A stretch of 64,000 bases of DNA from Trueperaceae bacterium (GCA_965213925.1 OZ243927.1:3520001-3584000), one strand, 5' to 3'; counted from the stretch's first letter, positions 42,062-52,087 are shown. Numbers and translations: made by a program. Notes: generated from the sequence alone by a model not told the origin.

Positions 42062-42064
42062 TTA

Positions 42065-42233
42065 CTACAACGTTAAATAAAAAATGAGTGATGTCATTCT
42101 GAATGGAGCAAAGCGGAGTGAAAGAATCTCTGACCTTGCTGACTCCTCTGACAGAGAACGAAAAACGAGACCCTCACGCATTCGCTCAGGGTGACATCAG
42201 TAAGAAGGTGTCGATATAATGTTGACAGTGTAC
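42065..42233 (-). mobile_element. Composite MITE copy 6 (tandem with copy 5; closest to copy 1)
   Basis: Ends CTACAACGTTAAAT / GTTGACAGTGTAC. Confidence 0.8.
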
Positions 42234-42283
42234 TGTCAGGAAAACCTAATGAGCTAATCCAAACCTGTGGGTAAGACTAACCG

Positions 42284-43252
42284 CTAATTGCTAACACCCG
42301 CTTTGCTCACCTCGAGCGCCCGCTTCGCCACCCTTTGAAACACCTCTTTAAGCGCTAGCGGTTCACGCACCTCGAGCTTGCAGCGCAGATAGAGCAGCGA
42401 GAGCGCGAACGCCTCTAAGTCCGTGACCGTGCAGCGTAGCAGCGAACCGTCGCCCTCTCTCGTCACCGTTTTATCCGGCGGAAGATGAGGTAGAACGTGC
42501 GGCAACGCCTCCGGGGTGAGCGCCAGCCACACCGTGACGCGCCGGGACTCGTGCGCGAACGCGAGACCCTCGCGCACGAAGGCGCGGAGGTCGAAGGCGG
42601 CGGGACGTTCGAACGTGTCGGCACGTTGCGCCACCCCTCTGATGCGGTCCACCCGGAAGAGCCGCCGCCCCCCTCGCAGATGGCAATAGCCCGCTAAGAA
42701 CCAGCGCCCTTCGTGTTGCAACAGTCCGAGCGGGTCCACCTCGCGAGAGGTCACCTCGCCGCCTCTCGCTTCGTAGGTCAGCGCGGCGCGTCGGCTTGCG
42801 TAAGTCGCGGCGGCGAGCTGGGTGAGAACGGCGGCGTCCGCGTCCACTATTCCGCGAGGTCGCTCTAGCTCCAGCGCTGCGCGGAGCGCGTCCACTTGTT
42901 CGCGGATGGAGGTGGGCAGGACGCGCTCTAACTTCGTCTGCGCCCCAGCCGTTGCGGGCGCGATCTCGCTTAAACCCAGATAGGTCAATGCGTCCAATCC
43001 GAGTACAAGCGCCAACGCCTCCTCTGTCCCAAACATCATCGGCGGCAGCCGAAAGCCCGGTCTGAGGCGGTAGGAGCCGCCCGGACCTCTTGTAGAGGTC
43101 ACGGGCACGCCGAGGTCTTGGAGCCGCGCCACGTAGCGCTGCACGGTGCGCACGCTCACCTCTAAACGCTCCGCCAATTCCGCGCCCGACATGCGCTCTT
43201 TGGTCTGCAAAAGCTCGAGCACGGTCAGTACACGCATGGAGGGATCGTACAT
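42284..43252 (-). CDS. HTH-WYL transcriptional regulator (YafY/PafB-like)
   Basis: ELAERLEVSVRTVQRY; WFLAGYCHLR..FRVDRI. Confidence 0.92.
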   Translation of the reverse strand: MYDPSMRVLTVLELLQTKERMSGAELAERLEVSVRTVQRYVARLQDLGVPVTSTRGPGGSYRLRPGFRLPPMMFGTEEALALVLGLDALTYLGLSEIAPATAGAQTKLERVLPTSIREQVDALRAALELERPRGIVDADAAVLTQLAAATYASRRAALTYEARGGEVTSREVDPLGLLQHEGRWFLAGYCHLRGGRRLFRVDRIRGVAQRADTFERPAAFDLRAFVREGLAFAHESRRVTVWLALTPEALPHVLPHLPPDKTVTREGDGSLLRCTVTDLEAFALSLLYLRCKLEVREPLALKEVFQRVAKRALEVSKAGVSN

Positions 43253-43275
43253 ACCTCTTATCCTGCCACAAAAAG

Positions 43276-43292
43276 CCGTCAAGCCCTGACGG
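43276..43292. promoter_or_regulatory. Inverted repeat between the WYL and dinB genes
   Basis: CCGTCA-N5-TGACGG. Confidence 0.5.
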
Positions 43293-43367
43293 GAATAAGG
43301 TCTACACTTTGAGTAAGATTGCTCGAGGGTGATGAGGTTCTGGGCGACTCCGAAAGGACGGTTGTAA

Positions 43368-43895
43368 ATGAGCGCGAATACGCAGGCAAATCCTACCGAC
43401 ACTCGCGAGGTTTTCCTAAGCCCGGCGGCGCTACTAGGGCACTGGCAAGGTCACAGACGCTTGACGCGCCGCACGGCCCAAGCCTTTCCCGAGGACGCGC
43501 TTTTCGATTTCTCGGTGGACGGTATGCGCCCCTTTAGCGCGATGACGCTAGAACTCATCATGATGACGAGGCCCGTCCTCGAGCACCTCTTGGGCGAGGG
43601 GACAGACGTCGACCTCGAGGCGTGGGAAGCGAACACGAAAGAGGTGCAGCAACAGACCCGTACGAAAGCTGATCTGCTCAGCGCGTGGGATGAGAGTGAT
43701 GCGCTCTTAGCAGAGACGTGGTCACGCATCCCGGCAGAGCGTTTTCACGAGGGCGAGTCCGCTTTTAACTTGCCCGCCCAACCCAACCGGGATTACGTGC
43801 TCTACGCCGTCGACAACGAAATTCACCACCGCGCGCAGGGGTTCGTCTACCTGCGGCTCTTGGGACTCGAGCCGCCCGCGTTCTGGGAGCGGTGA
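43368..43895 (+). CDS. DinB/YfiT-family protein
   Basis: HWQGHRRLTRR, DNEIHHRAQGFVYLRLLG. Confidence 0.88.
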   Translation: MSANTQANPTDTREVFLSPAALLGHWQGHRRLTRRTAQAFPEDALFDFSVDGMRPFSAMTLELIMMTRPVLEHLLGEGTDVDLEAWEANTKEVQQQTRTKADLLSAWDESDALLAETWSRIPAERFHEGESAFNLPAQPNRDYVLYAVDNEIHHRAQGFVYLRLLGLEPPAFWER

Positions 43896-43946
43896 GTGTT
43901 ATAGATGGTGATGTCCCTCTGACCCAGACTCGGTAGACTAGACTTA

Positions 43947-45188
43947 ATGTCAGAGATCATTCGCCGAGAAACCGTCACGACGTGGGTCGGAAGCGTGCCC
44001 GTCGGCTCCGCACACCCCATCGTCGTCCAATCCATGACCAACACCGACACCGCCGACGCTAGAGCGACCGCGGAGCAAGTCGCGCAGCTCCACCGTGCGG
44101 GCTCCGAAATCGTGCGCATCACCGTCAACAACAAAGAGGCGGCGCGGGCGGTGCCGGAGATTCAGGAGCGGCTGGCGGATGTCGGCTTAAACGTTCCTTT
44201 AGTCGGCGACTTTCACTACAACGGACACATCTTGTTGAGGGAGTTTCCGCAAGCGGCGCGCGTTTTGGAGAAGTACCGCATCAACCCCGGCAACGTCGGC
44301 GCGGGGCGCAACTTCGACAAGAACTTCCTCACGATGATTGACGTGGCGAAGGAATTCGACAAGCCTGTGCGCATCGGCGTGAATTGGGGCTCACTGGACC
44401 AGCAACTCCTCACCAAACTGATGGACGAAAACGCCGCCCTGACGCAGCCCAAAGAGGCGCGGGACGTAATGATCGAAGCGATGCTGCAGTCCGCCTTACT
44501 CTCGGCGGAGCTAGCGGAAGAGCACGGCTTAGGTCACGACAAGATCATCATCAGCGCGAAGGTCTCGAACGCGAGGGACTTGTGGGAGGTCTACCGCCTG
44601 CTCGCGAAGCGCTGCGACTATCCTTTGCACCTCGGGCTGACCGAAGCGGGCATGGGCGTCAAAGGGGCGGTCTCGAGCGCTGCAGGCTTAGCGCCTCTTC
44701 TTGCGGAGGGCATCGGCGACACGATCCGCGTGTCGCTCACGCCCGACCCTGGCGCGCCGCGCGAGAAAGAGGTCGAAATCGCGCAGGAGATTTTGCAAGC
44801 TCTTAACCTGCGCTCGTTCGCGCCGACTGTGACCGCGTGCCCCGGCTGCGGGCGCACCACCAGCACGCTCTTTCAGGAGATGGCGCGCGACATCCAGGCG
44901 TACCTCAAAGCGCAGATGCCCACCTGGAAAGAGTCCTACCCCGGCGTCGAGACGCTCAAGGTGGCGGTGATGGGCTGCGTAGTGAACGGTCCCGGCGAGT
45001 CCAAGCACGCCGACATCGGCATCTCGCTGCCCGGCACGGGCGAAGACCCCAAAGCGCCCGTCTACCGTGACGGGAAGTTCGTCGGGACGCTGCAAGGTCC
45101 GGGGATTGTCGAGGACTTTAATAAGATGCTTGACGAGTACGTGGCGTCTCGGTATGGGTCGGCGCGGGGGGAGCGGGTGGCGTCTTAG
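43947..45188 (+). CDS. ispG: HMBPP synthase IspG
   Basis: [37 protein letters not shown]. Confidence 0.97.
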   Translation: MSEIIRRETVTTWVGSVPVGSAHPIVVQSMTNTDTADARATAEQVAQLHRAGSEIVRITVNNKEAARAVPEIQERLADVGLNVPLVGDFHYNGHILLREFPQAARVLEKYRINPGNVGAGRNFDKNFLTMIDVAKEFDKPVRIGVNWGSLDQQLLTKLMDENAALTQPKEARDVMIEAMLQSALLSAELAEEHGLGHDKIIISAKVSNARDLWEVYRLLAKRCDYPLHLGLTEAGMGVKGAVSSAAGLAPLLAEGIGDTIRVSLTPDPGAPREKEVEIAQEILQALNLRSFAPTVTACPGCGRTTSTLFQEMARDIQAYLKAQMPTWKESYPGVETLKVAVMGCVVNGPGESKHADIGISLPGTGEDPKAPVYRDGKFVGTLQGPGIVEDFNKMLDEYVASRYGSARGERVAS

Positions 45189-45224
45189 GGGTCTGGCGTT
45201 TTCTTTCTGCTAAGTTGAAGGGGT

Positions 45225-45368
45225 AGGTATCATCTATGAATGTGATTACTCAGAAACGCTTTTTCTACTGAGAGTGTCTGTAGCTATCTGTCCTCTAAAT
45301 TGGAAGAGCGCAGATATTATCCATAAACGTGATGCTCAACTGAAGCTTTCTCTACCGAGAGCGTTTGT
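45225..45368. repeat. Imperfect 57-nt direct repeat (87-nt period)
   Basis: 45225-45281 versus 45312-45368: outer blocks match 17/22 and 20/24. Confidence 0.7.
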
Positions 45369-45589
45369 GACCAGATCATACCTGCTTGTGATTGTAGGGT
45401 GCAATGAAGTCGTCTTCCTCAAACCTTCATAGCATTAGTGAAGAATTTACTTTATGACTACAAGACTCTATTCAGGCGACGCTTACACAGTTTTGGCACT
45501 AAAGGTCCGCTCTTGACGTGCACCTTGAACGTCGCTTTCACCGAGGTACATTGTAGTCATCCTGCCTGTCCCTGTCCCCCGGAGGTGAC

Positions 45590-46463
45590 ATGACTTTAGA
45601 GAGAGCCATTGCGCACTGCACCGAACTGACCAAAGTTCATTCGAGCACCTTTTATATGGGCTCGAGGCTCTTTCCGAAGGGTCAGCGCCGCGCTGTAAGT
45701 GTGATTTACGCCGTGTGTCGGAGCGGGGACGACGCCGTGGACGAAGCGACAACAGCCGAAGCGGGGCGGGAGCGGTTGGAGAGATGGTGGGAGCACGTGT
45801 CGCGGGCGTATGCGGGGACGCCCGCAAAACGGCGAACCTTTAGAGATCGGTCTCACCTGGGTGCTCGAGAACCACGACGTACCGAAAAGCGCGTTCGACG
45901 AGCTGTATCTTGGGGCTTGGAGTCCGACTTAGGGCACAGCGCCCTGCTACGAGACGATGGACGAACTCATGCTCTACTGCCGCCGCGTGGCGGGCGTGGT
46001 CGGGCTGCTCATCGCGCCGATTCCAGGGTACCGGGGCGGCGAGGAGACGCTAAAATGCGCCGTGGCTCTAGGTCAAGCCATGCAGCTCACCAACATCTTG
46101 CGCGACGTGGGCGAAGACTTGGCGATGGGACGCTGCTACATCCCCAACGAACTGCTTAACAAATATGACGTTACTTTAGAAGAACTCGAGGGCGGTGAGG
46201 TGAGTGAAGGCTACGTGGCGCTCCTAGAAGACCTCTTCGACTTGACCAACGCGCTCTACCGTCAAGGTTGGCAGGGTATCCCTAGACTCAAAGGCTTTTC
46301 CGCCACGGCAGTAGGGGTAGCGGCGCTCAACTACGAGGGTATCTTGCGCAAAGTGAAGCAAAATCATTATGACAACCTGACGCGGCGCGCCTATCTCAAG
46401 CCGGTGGAGCGGATCGCTTTGATACCGCGCGCGGTGGTGGGTGTCTACGGGAGTTTTCTGTAG
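45590..46463 (+). pseudogene. crtB: Phytoene synthase with about 3 frameshifts at 45820-45950 (possible sequencing error)
   Basis: HSSTFY, DDAVD, YCRRVAGVVG and QLTNILRDVGED are split across frames. Confidence 0.85.
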
Positions 46464-46608
46464 GCTGGTTTAGCCCGATTATGGTTCTCTAAAATTTCTG
46501 ATGAGGAGTTTTTCACATTAGCCAATTCAAATACTTCTCATTACAACGGCTAAATGGTACTCTGCTGCCCATAAGAAAGCTAAATTTTTCTGAGGTGGGA
46601 GCTTCTTT

Positions 46609-47490
46609 ATGCTTGAATTTCTGGTTGGTATCTTAGCCCTCGTTTTTCTCGTCAACCTTGTCTTTTTGGTACTTTGTGTCCTACCTTTTGTACGTAGACG
46701 CTTTCCCAAGTTGAGACGCCGTAGCCTCATTCTATCTATTGGAACCTTTGTAGCTTTCATGCTTCTTAACAATCAGCTACCTGAAACAGACACTATTGAG
46801 ACAGTAGCTACGGACAATAATGCATCTGAGAATACTGAAACAGTACCTACAGGTAACTTCGAAAATGTGGAGGAGCGACCACTCGAAGTCAACACAGCTA
46901 AAGTAGAAGAAGCAGATAGAAGCGAAGAAGATATACCTGAGAATGTTCAAGTAACCTTCACAAGCGATCCTAAAGGTGCAGAGCTTTTTGTTGATCGCAA
47001 GCTAGAAGGCACTACACCATTAACAGTGCAAGTGCCAAATGGTAAAGATATCAACTATCAACTTATAGCTGATCAAATGCTCTACAGACCTTTCGAGGGA
47101 ACTCTTAGCGCAACAGAAGACGAGAGTATTAGTGTCTGGATTGATCGACTCTCAGCCGAGGAAGTAGAAGCGAGAAAGATAGAGGCTGAGGCTGCCGCTG
47201 AAAAGAAGTTACGAGAGGAAACCATAGAGATTCTAAGGGATAAAGAAGTCGAGGTGAGGAGTATTTGCAAAAACATCGTAAAAAGGAGTCTCCGCGCACC
47301 AAGTACAGCTAAATTCCCTGGAATCTTCAATACAAGCGAGACTTATTCTTACGATCCTTCTCTTGGAACCGCAGTATTTACCTCTTATGTAGATGCTCAA
47401 AATGGATTCGGGGCAATGCTTCGCAATCGCTTCGCCTGCTCATACAGCCTCGAATCAAACACTGTTACCCTAGAATATTTGGGAGAATGA
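46609..47490 (+). CDS. AT-rich membrane protein with a PEGA-like domain
   Basis: Two TM helices; TSDPKGAELFVD..GTTP; C-terminal LRAPSTAKF..VDAQNGFGA. Confidence 0.7.
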   Translation: MLEFLVGILALVFLVNLVFLVLCVLPFVRRRFPKLRRRSLILSIGTFVAFMLLNNQLPETDTIETVATDNNASENTETVPTGNFENVEERPLEVNTAKVEEADRSEEDIPENVQVTFTSDPKGAELFVDRKLEGTTPLTVQVPNGKDINYQLIADQMLYRPFEGTLSATEDESISVWIDRLSAEEVEARKIEAEAAAEKKLREETIEILRDKEVEVRSICKNIVKRSLRAPSTAKFPGIFNTSETYSYDPSLGTAVFTSYVDAQNGFGAMLRNRFACSYSLESNTVTLEYLGE

Positions 47491-47495
47491 CTCAA

Positions 47496-48734
47496 TTACT
47501 CACGCCGCTTGAAACGGGCGATGTAAAACCCGTCCAAACCCTCTAAAGGCAGAATGTAAGACCCTGTTGACGTATTCTCCGCGGGCAAGTCGAACAGAAA
47601 AGATTCGGCGCTGAACTCGGGGTAGCTTGCCAGGAACCACTCGGTCATCCCTCGTCCTTCTTTGTGAGTAAGTGCGCACACGGCGTAGACGAGGATGCCG
47701 CCCGGCGCGGTGAGTGCGGCGGCGGTTCCTAAGAGTTCGCGTTGGAGTGCGGCGAGTGCGGCGGCGCTTTCTAGTGTAACCTTTGTGCGGAGTTCGGGAT
47801 TTCCGCGCAACGTACCCGTCCCCGTGCAGGGCGCGTCGAGCAAAACTTTCTGCGCAGCGGGAACGCCGGGGACGGTCCGTAAGTCGTGCCCTAACCCCTC
47901 CACTTCAAACCCCAGCCGCGCCAAGTTCTTCTCCGCTCTTTTGAGCTTATCTGCGTGAAGCTCGATACTTAGAGGACGCGCCCCCGCCGCCGCGAGCTGC
48001 GCCGCTTTAATGCCGTTGCCGCTCGCAAGGTCCAACACGCGCTCGCCGCGCTCCGCTTCTAGGAGGCGCACGGGCAAGGTCGAGGCGGGGTTCTGTGGCT
48101 GCACCCAGCCGCGTTTGTAGGCGCTAAGTTCTGCGAGAGACCTGCTCGGGCGCACAGCTAGCGTGCCGTCCACTTTGCCGAGCGCGACTTCGCAGCCCTC
48201 TTCGATGAGCGAATGGGTCGCCTGAGGATGGTAAGAGGTGAGCCAGAGCGGTTCGGGTTCTAACATCCCTTTTGCCACCGCCTCCGCCCTCTGTGCGCCG
48301 AAGAGGTCTTCCCACTGTGCGAAGAGCCAGTCGGGGACGCCGTAGCGGGTAGCGGGTGGTAGCTCGAGCAGCTCGACTTTGCGAAGTACAGCGTTCACTA
48401 GACCGGAAAGCTTTCTCGAGCGTTTTTTGACGACCTCCACCCACTCGTTCACGGCGGCGCGGCGCGGCGTCTCTCGGTAGAGAATTTCGTAAGCGCCGAG
48501 TCTCAGCGCGTCCCGAACCTCTAGCGGTAACTTGTCGGGGCGTTTGAGGTAGGGCGCTAGGCAGGCATCCAAGGCAAGTTCGAGCCGCAAGGTTCCGTAA
48601 ACTAAGCTCGTCACGAAGCCTCGGTCCTGGGTGCTAAGAGGAGAGGTTTCTAAAGCCGCATTTAAGGTGGGCGCAGAGAAAGCGCCGCGGTGAACGCGGC
48701 GCAGGGTCTCTAAAGCGGTCTGTCTAGCGGTGAT
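47496..48734 (-). CDS. rsmB: RsmB/Sun rRNA m5C methyltransferase with a NusB-like domain (probable ATC start)
   Basis: TARQTALETLRRV, LVYGTLR, LVNAVLR, LDAPCTGTG. Confidence 0.85.
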   Translation of the reverse strand: MTARQTALETLRRVHRGAFSAPTLNAALETSPLSTQDRGFVTSLVYGTLRLELALDACLAPYLKRPDKLPLEVRDALRLGAYEILYRETPRRAAVNEWVEVVKKRSRKLSGLVNAVLRKVELLELPPATRYGVPDWLFAQWEDLFGAQRAEAVAKGMLEPEPLWLTSYHPQATHSLIEEGCEVALGKVDGTLAVRPSRSLAELSAYKRGWVQPQNPASTLPVRLLEAERGERVLDLASGNGIKAAQLAAAGARPLSIELHADKLKRAEKNLARLGFEVEGLGHDLRTVPGVPAAQKVLLDAPCTGTGTLRGNPELRTKVTLESAAALAALQRELLGTAAALTAPGGILVYAVCALTHKEGRGMTEWFLASYPEFSAESFLFDLPAENTSTGSYILPLEGLDGFYIARFKRRE

Positions 48735-48737
48735 AAC

Positions 48738-49394
48738 TTACCGGCGGCTCGCCAGGATGAAGTAGACGAGGTAAGCGATGGAGGTCGCGGCGGCGGCGAC
48801 GTAGGTCATTGCAGCGGCGGTAAGCACGCTTCTCGCGCCTCCTTGGTCGCGCGGGGTCACGATGCCAAGTTCTTTAACTTGCGCCAGAGCGCGTCTACTC
48901 GCGTCGAACTCGACGGGTAGGGTGACGAGATGGAAGAGTACGGCGGCGCTAAAGAGGATGATACCGATCTGCAAGAGCCCACTAGCGCCAAGAATGAGCC
49001 CGAACATCGCGGCGTAAATGCCGAACTGCGAGCCGATGTTCGCTGCGGGCGCGAGCGCCGAGCGCCATACGAGTGGCGAATACGACTTGGCGTGTTGAAT
49101 CGCGTGACCGACCTCGTGAGCTGCTACAGCCATGCCTGCAACGCTAGGGCGGTTATAGTTATCTTCTGAAAGACGTACGACGCGCTTTGTGGGGTCGTAG
49201 TGGTCGCTTAGCTGCCCTGGCACCGACTCGACCTTAACGTTATCAATGCCGTTCGCGTGTAGAATAGCCCTGGCGACCTCAGCCCCGGTCAACCCAGAGG
49301 CGTTTTGCACTTTAGACCATTTACCGTAGGTCATGCGCAGCCAACCACTGATAGCCAATGACACAACAAAGCCGACAATACCGATTAAAAGCAT
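48738..49394 (-). CDS. Membrane zinc metallopeptidase (YugP-like)
   Basis: DHYDP, AAHEVGHA, TLPVEFDASRRA; SD GGAGG. Confidence 0.92.
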   Translation of the reverse strand: MLLIGIVGFVVSLAISGWLRMTYGKWSKVQNASGLTGAEVARAILHANGIDNVKVESVPGQLSDHYDPTKRVVRLSEDNYNRPSVAGMAVAAHEVGHAIQHAKSYSPLVWRSALAPAANIGSQFGIYAAMFGLILGASGLLQIGIILFSAAVLFHLVTLPVEFDASRRALAQVKELGIVTPRDQGGARSVLTAAAMTYVAAAATSIAYLVYFILASRR

Positions 49395-49560
49395 GTTCCC
49401 TCCTGAGTATTCAACCTCTTCCCAATTATATAGAAGAGGAGCGCGGCAAGGTGTCTACCGCGCGTATATGAGTTAAGTATACTCAGATTTTCTTAAATCA
49501 GCGTGAGAGGCGCGACATTGTCGGCTTCATCAGCCGCGTAAGAGTACGCTCGAGGATGAA

Positions 49561-49836
49561 CTAATCATCCTCGAGCTGTTCACTGCGCACAGTGAAACGC
49601 ACCGCGGTGCGCTCCTCATTTTGCAGCTCGAGTTTGACAAACGAAGGCTGCGTAGTGAGGTCGAGTCCGTCGGGCTCGATGTAGCTTCTCGCAATGGCGA
49701 TCGCCTTGACCGCTTGATTGACGGCTTGCGGACCGATGGCTTGCACCTCCACCTCGCTCTCACTTCGCAAAAGCGCAGCGATGGCACCTGCGACGGAGTT
49801 GGGACGGGAGCTTCCCGAGACACGTAGAGTTTCGAT
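49561..49836 (-). CDS. spoVS: SpoVS-family protein (ATC start)
   Basis: (M)ETLRVSGSSRPNSVAGAIA..QAIGPQAVNQAVKAIAIAR; SD TAAGGAGGT 6 nt upstream. Confidence 0.92.
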   Translation of the reverse strand: METLRVSGSSRPNSVAGAIAALLRSESEVEVQAIGPQAVNQAVKAIAIARSYIEPDGLDLTTQPSFVKLELQNEERTAVRFTVRSEQLEDD

Positions 49837-50113
49837 AGCGGAACCTCCTTAAACCGAGCGAACGGTCCTTACGCCGTACCCAGGGGGACAACTGGGAGAA
49901 CGGGTCAAAGACGACAGGTATCGACGAAGTGTAACACCTACCGCCTTCAAAGTCACTTGTAACACAAAATCGTACCGTGAAGCGGGATGTGCCCGTATAT
50001 TGGGCTCGGCCCGCTCACGACCTGATCTTATTCGAACGTACTTTGCCTGCTGAAATCTATCCATGATTCAAAACGTAGCTTCGACGCGCAACTTTTTGCA
50101 ACTGTAACGGTGC

Positions 50114-50142
50114 TTGACAGCCTCCTTCCCCCTTTGTATACT
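50114..50142 (+). promoter_or_regulatory. Sigma70-type promoter of the ilv operon
   Basis: TTGACA-17 nt-TATACT. Confidence 0.85.
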
Positions 50143-50150
50143 CCGTTCAG

Positions 50151-50255
50151 ATGTTCCATGTCCACTTCACATTTTTGTTTACAGAATTCGCTTCCGAATT
50201 TGTTGCTGTGATGGCGGGTGGCGTCCTAATTCTAGGAAGCTGGGGCGTCGTCTAG
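50151..50255 (+). CDS. ilv attenuator leader peptide
   Basis: MFHVHFTFLFTEFASEFVAVMAGGVLILGSWGVV*; Val/Leu/Ile cluster directly before the terminator; alternative start at 50211. Confidence 0.7.
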   Translation: MFHVHFTFLFTEFASEFVAVMAGGVLILGSWGVV

Positions 50256-50273
50256 CGTTTTTTAGACCGACTG

Positions 50274-50310
50274 TGCCCCGCCGAAACCCCTTCGGCGGGG
50301 CATTTTTATT
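50274..50310 (+). terminator. Attenuator terminator upstream of ilvB
   Basis: TGCCCCGCCGAA-loop-TTCGGCGGGGCA then TTTTTATT. Confidence 0.88.
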
Positions 50311-50395
50311 GGCGTATCGGTTTCATTGGGCGTATCGGTTAGACTGGGCTTAGATAGGGGCGCGCAAAGAGCTTGCGGGTTCTGAAGGAGGAAAG

Positions 50396-52087
50396 ATGAA
50401 CGGTGCAGCAACCTTACTCGAGGCGCTCACGCGCGAAGGCGTCCACATCGTCTTCGGGCATCCAGGGGGCGCGATCATGCCCACGTATGACGCCCTTTAC
50501 GATTCACCCATCAAACACGTGTTGGTGCGTCACGAACAAGCCGGAGCGCACGCCGCCGATGCGTACTACCGGGCGAGCGGCAGAGTCGGCGTGTGTTTCG
50601 CGACGAGCGGACCCGGCGCGACAAACCTCGTGACGGGGCTCGCGACAGCGCACATGGATTCGTCGGCCGTCGTCGCAGTTACAGGTAACGTGCCTTCCTC
50701 ACTCATCGGCACCGACGCCTTTCAAGAGGCGGACGTCTACGGCATCACCGGACCCATCACCAAGCACAACTATCTTGTTAAGAATGTCAACGACATCCCC
50801 AAAGTGGTCAAAGAAGCCTTCCACATCGCCTCCACCGGACGCCCCGGACCTGTGCTTATCGACATTCCTAAAGACATTCAACAAGCCGAATTCACCGGGC
50901 ACTTCGACCATGAGGTTGACCTGCCGGGATACAAGCCCACGGTGATTGGACATAAGGGGCAGATTAAACGCGCCGCTAAAGCGATTAAAGCCGCCAAAAA
51001 GCCCATCATGATGGTCGGCGGCGGCGGACAGGTCGCCTCGCAAGTCGTCGCAGACTTCGCCGAGAAGACCAATATCCCCGTGATCACCACCCTCATGGGC
51101 ATCGGCGCGTACCCCGCCGGCATGGAGAACGCCTTAGGGATGCCGGGGATGCACGGCACCGTGACCGCCAACCGCGCCATCACCCACTGCGACCTCATCA
51201 TCGGCGCAGGCTTGCGCTTCGACGACCGCGTGACGGGCAAGATCAGCCGCTTCGCGCCGAACGCCACCATCGTGCATATCGACATCGACCCCGCTGAAAT
51301 CTCCAAGCTCGTCAAGGCGCATGTGCCTGTCGTAGGGGATTTGCGCGACGTGCTGCCGCGTTTGGGGGAGCTGTTGGACGAACTCGAGATTCCTGAATGG
51401 TGGAACCAGCTCCGCGAGTGGAAAGGGATGTACTACGAGCGCTATAAAAAGGAGAAGCCTTTAGTCTCCCAAGAGGTCATCCAGATGTTCCAGCGCGAGA
51501 CGGGCGGCGACTGCGTGGTAACCACCGAGGTCGGACAGCACCAGATGTTCGCCGCGCGGCTCTTCCCTACAAATAAGCCGCGCACCTGGCTCACCTCGGG
51601 CGGTTTAGGGACGATGGGCTTCGGTCTTCCTGCGGCGATTGGCGCGGCGTTTGCGCGTCCGGGTGAACAAGTCGTCTGCGTCGCGGGTGACGGCTCGGTG
51701 CAGATGAACATTCAGGAGTTGGCAACGATTTATAAACACCAACTCCCCATCATCATCGCGATTTGCAACAACGGGATGCTCGGCATGGTGCGGCAGTGGC
51801 AGGAGATGTTTCACGCCCAGCGCTACAGTGAGGTCTTCTTAGCCGACTCCAACCCCGACTTCGCCAAGCTCGCGGAAGCCTATGGGATTGACGGCTACAA
51901 CATCTTCGACCGTGACGAAGCGGCGCGGCTCATCCCCGAAGTTTTGGCAAAGGGCAAGCCAGCGGTAATGAACTTCGTCGTGTACGAAGCCGAAAAGGTC
52001 TTCCCGATGATCCCGGCGGGCGCGGGCGTCGACCAGATGCTCTTGGGCGATCAGGACCCGGAAGAACCCGAAGAGGTTAGGGCGTGA
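50396..52087 (+). CDS. ilvB: Acetolactate synthase large subunit
   Basis: VRHEQ, TSGPGATN, SGGLGTMGFG, GDGS..NN. Confidence 0.97.
   Translation: MNGAATLLEALTREGVHIVFGHPGGAIMPTYDALYDSPIKHVLVRHEQAGAHAADAYYRASGRVGVCFATSGPGATNLVTGLATAHMDSSAVVAVTGNVPSSLIGTDAFQEADVYGITGPITKHNYLVKNVNDIPKVVKEAFHIASTGRPGPVLIDIPKDIQQAEFTGHFDHEVDLPGYKPTVIGHKGQIKRAAKAIKAAKKPIMMVGGGGQVASQVVADFAEKTNIPVITTLMGIGAYPAGMENALGMPGMHGTVTANRAITHCDLIIGAGLRFDDRVTGKISRFAPNATIVHIDIDPAEISKLVKAHVPVVGDLRDVLPRLGELLDELEIPEWWNQLREWKGMYYERYKKEKPLVSQEVIQMFQRETGGDCVVTTEVGQHQMFAARLFPTNKPRTWLTSGGLGTMGFGLPAAIGAAFARPGEQVVCVAGDGSVQMNIQELATIYKHQLPIIIAICNNGMLGMVRQWQEMFHAQRYSEVFLADSNPDFAKLAEAYGIDGYNIFDRDEAARLIPEVLAKGKPAVMNFVVYEAEKVFPMIPAGAGVDQMLLGDQDPEEPEEVRA

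Noticed and set aside
45505..45560. CarH/LitR operator upstream of crtB
   Set aside because: The TnnAC-like motifs do not keep a consistent 11-bp period
49852..50070. ncRNA or riboswitch upstream of spoVS
   Set aside because: One hairpin (CGTGAAGCGGG/CCCGCTCACG) but no recognisable family motif
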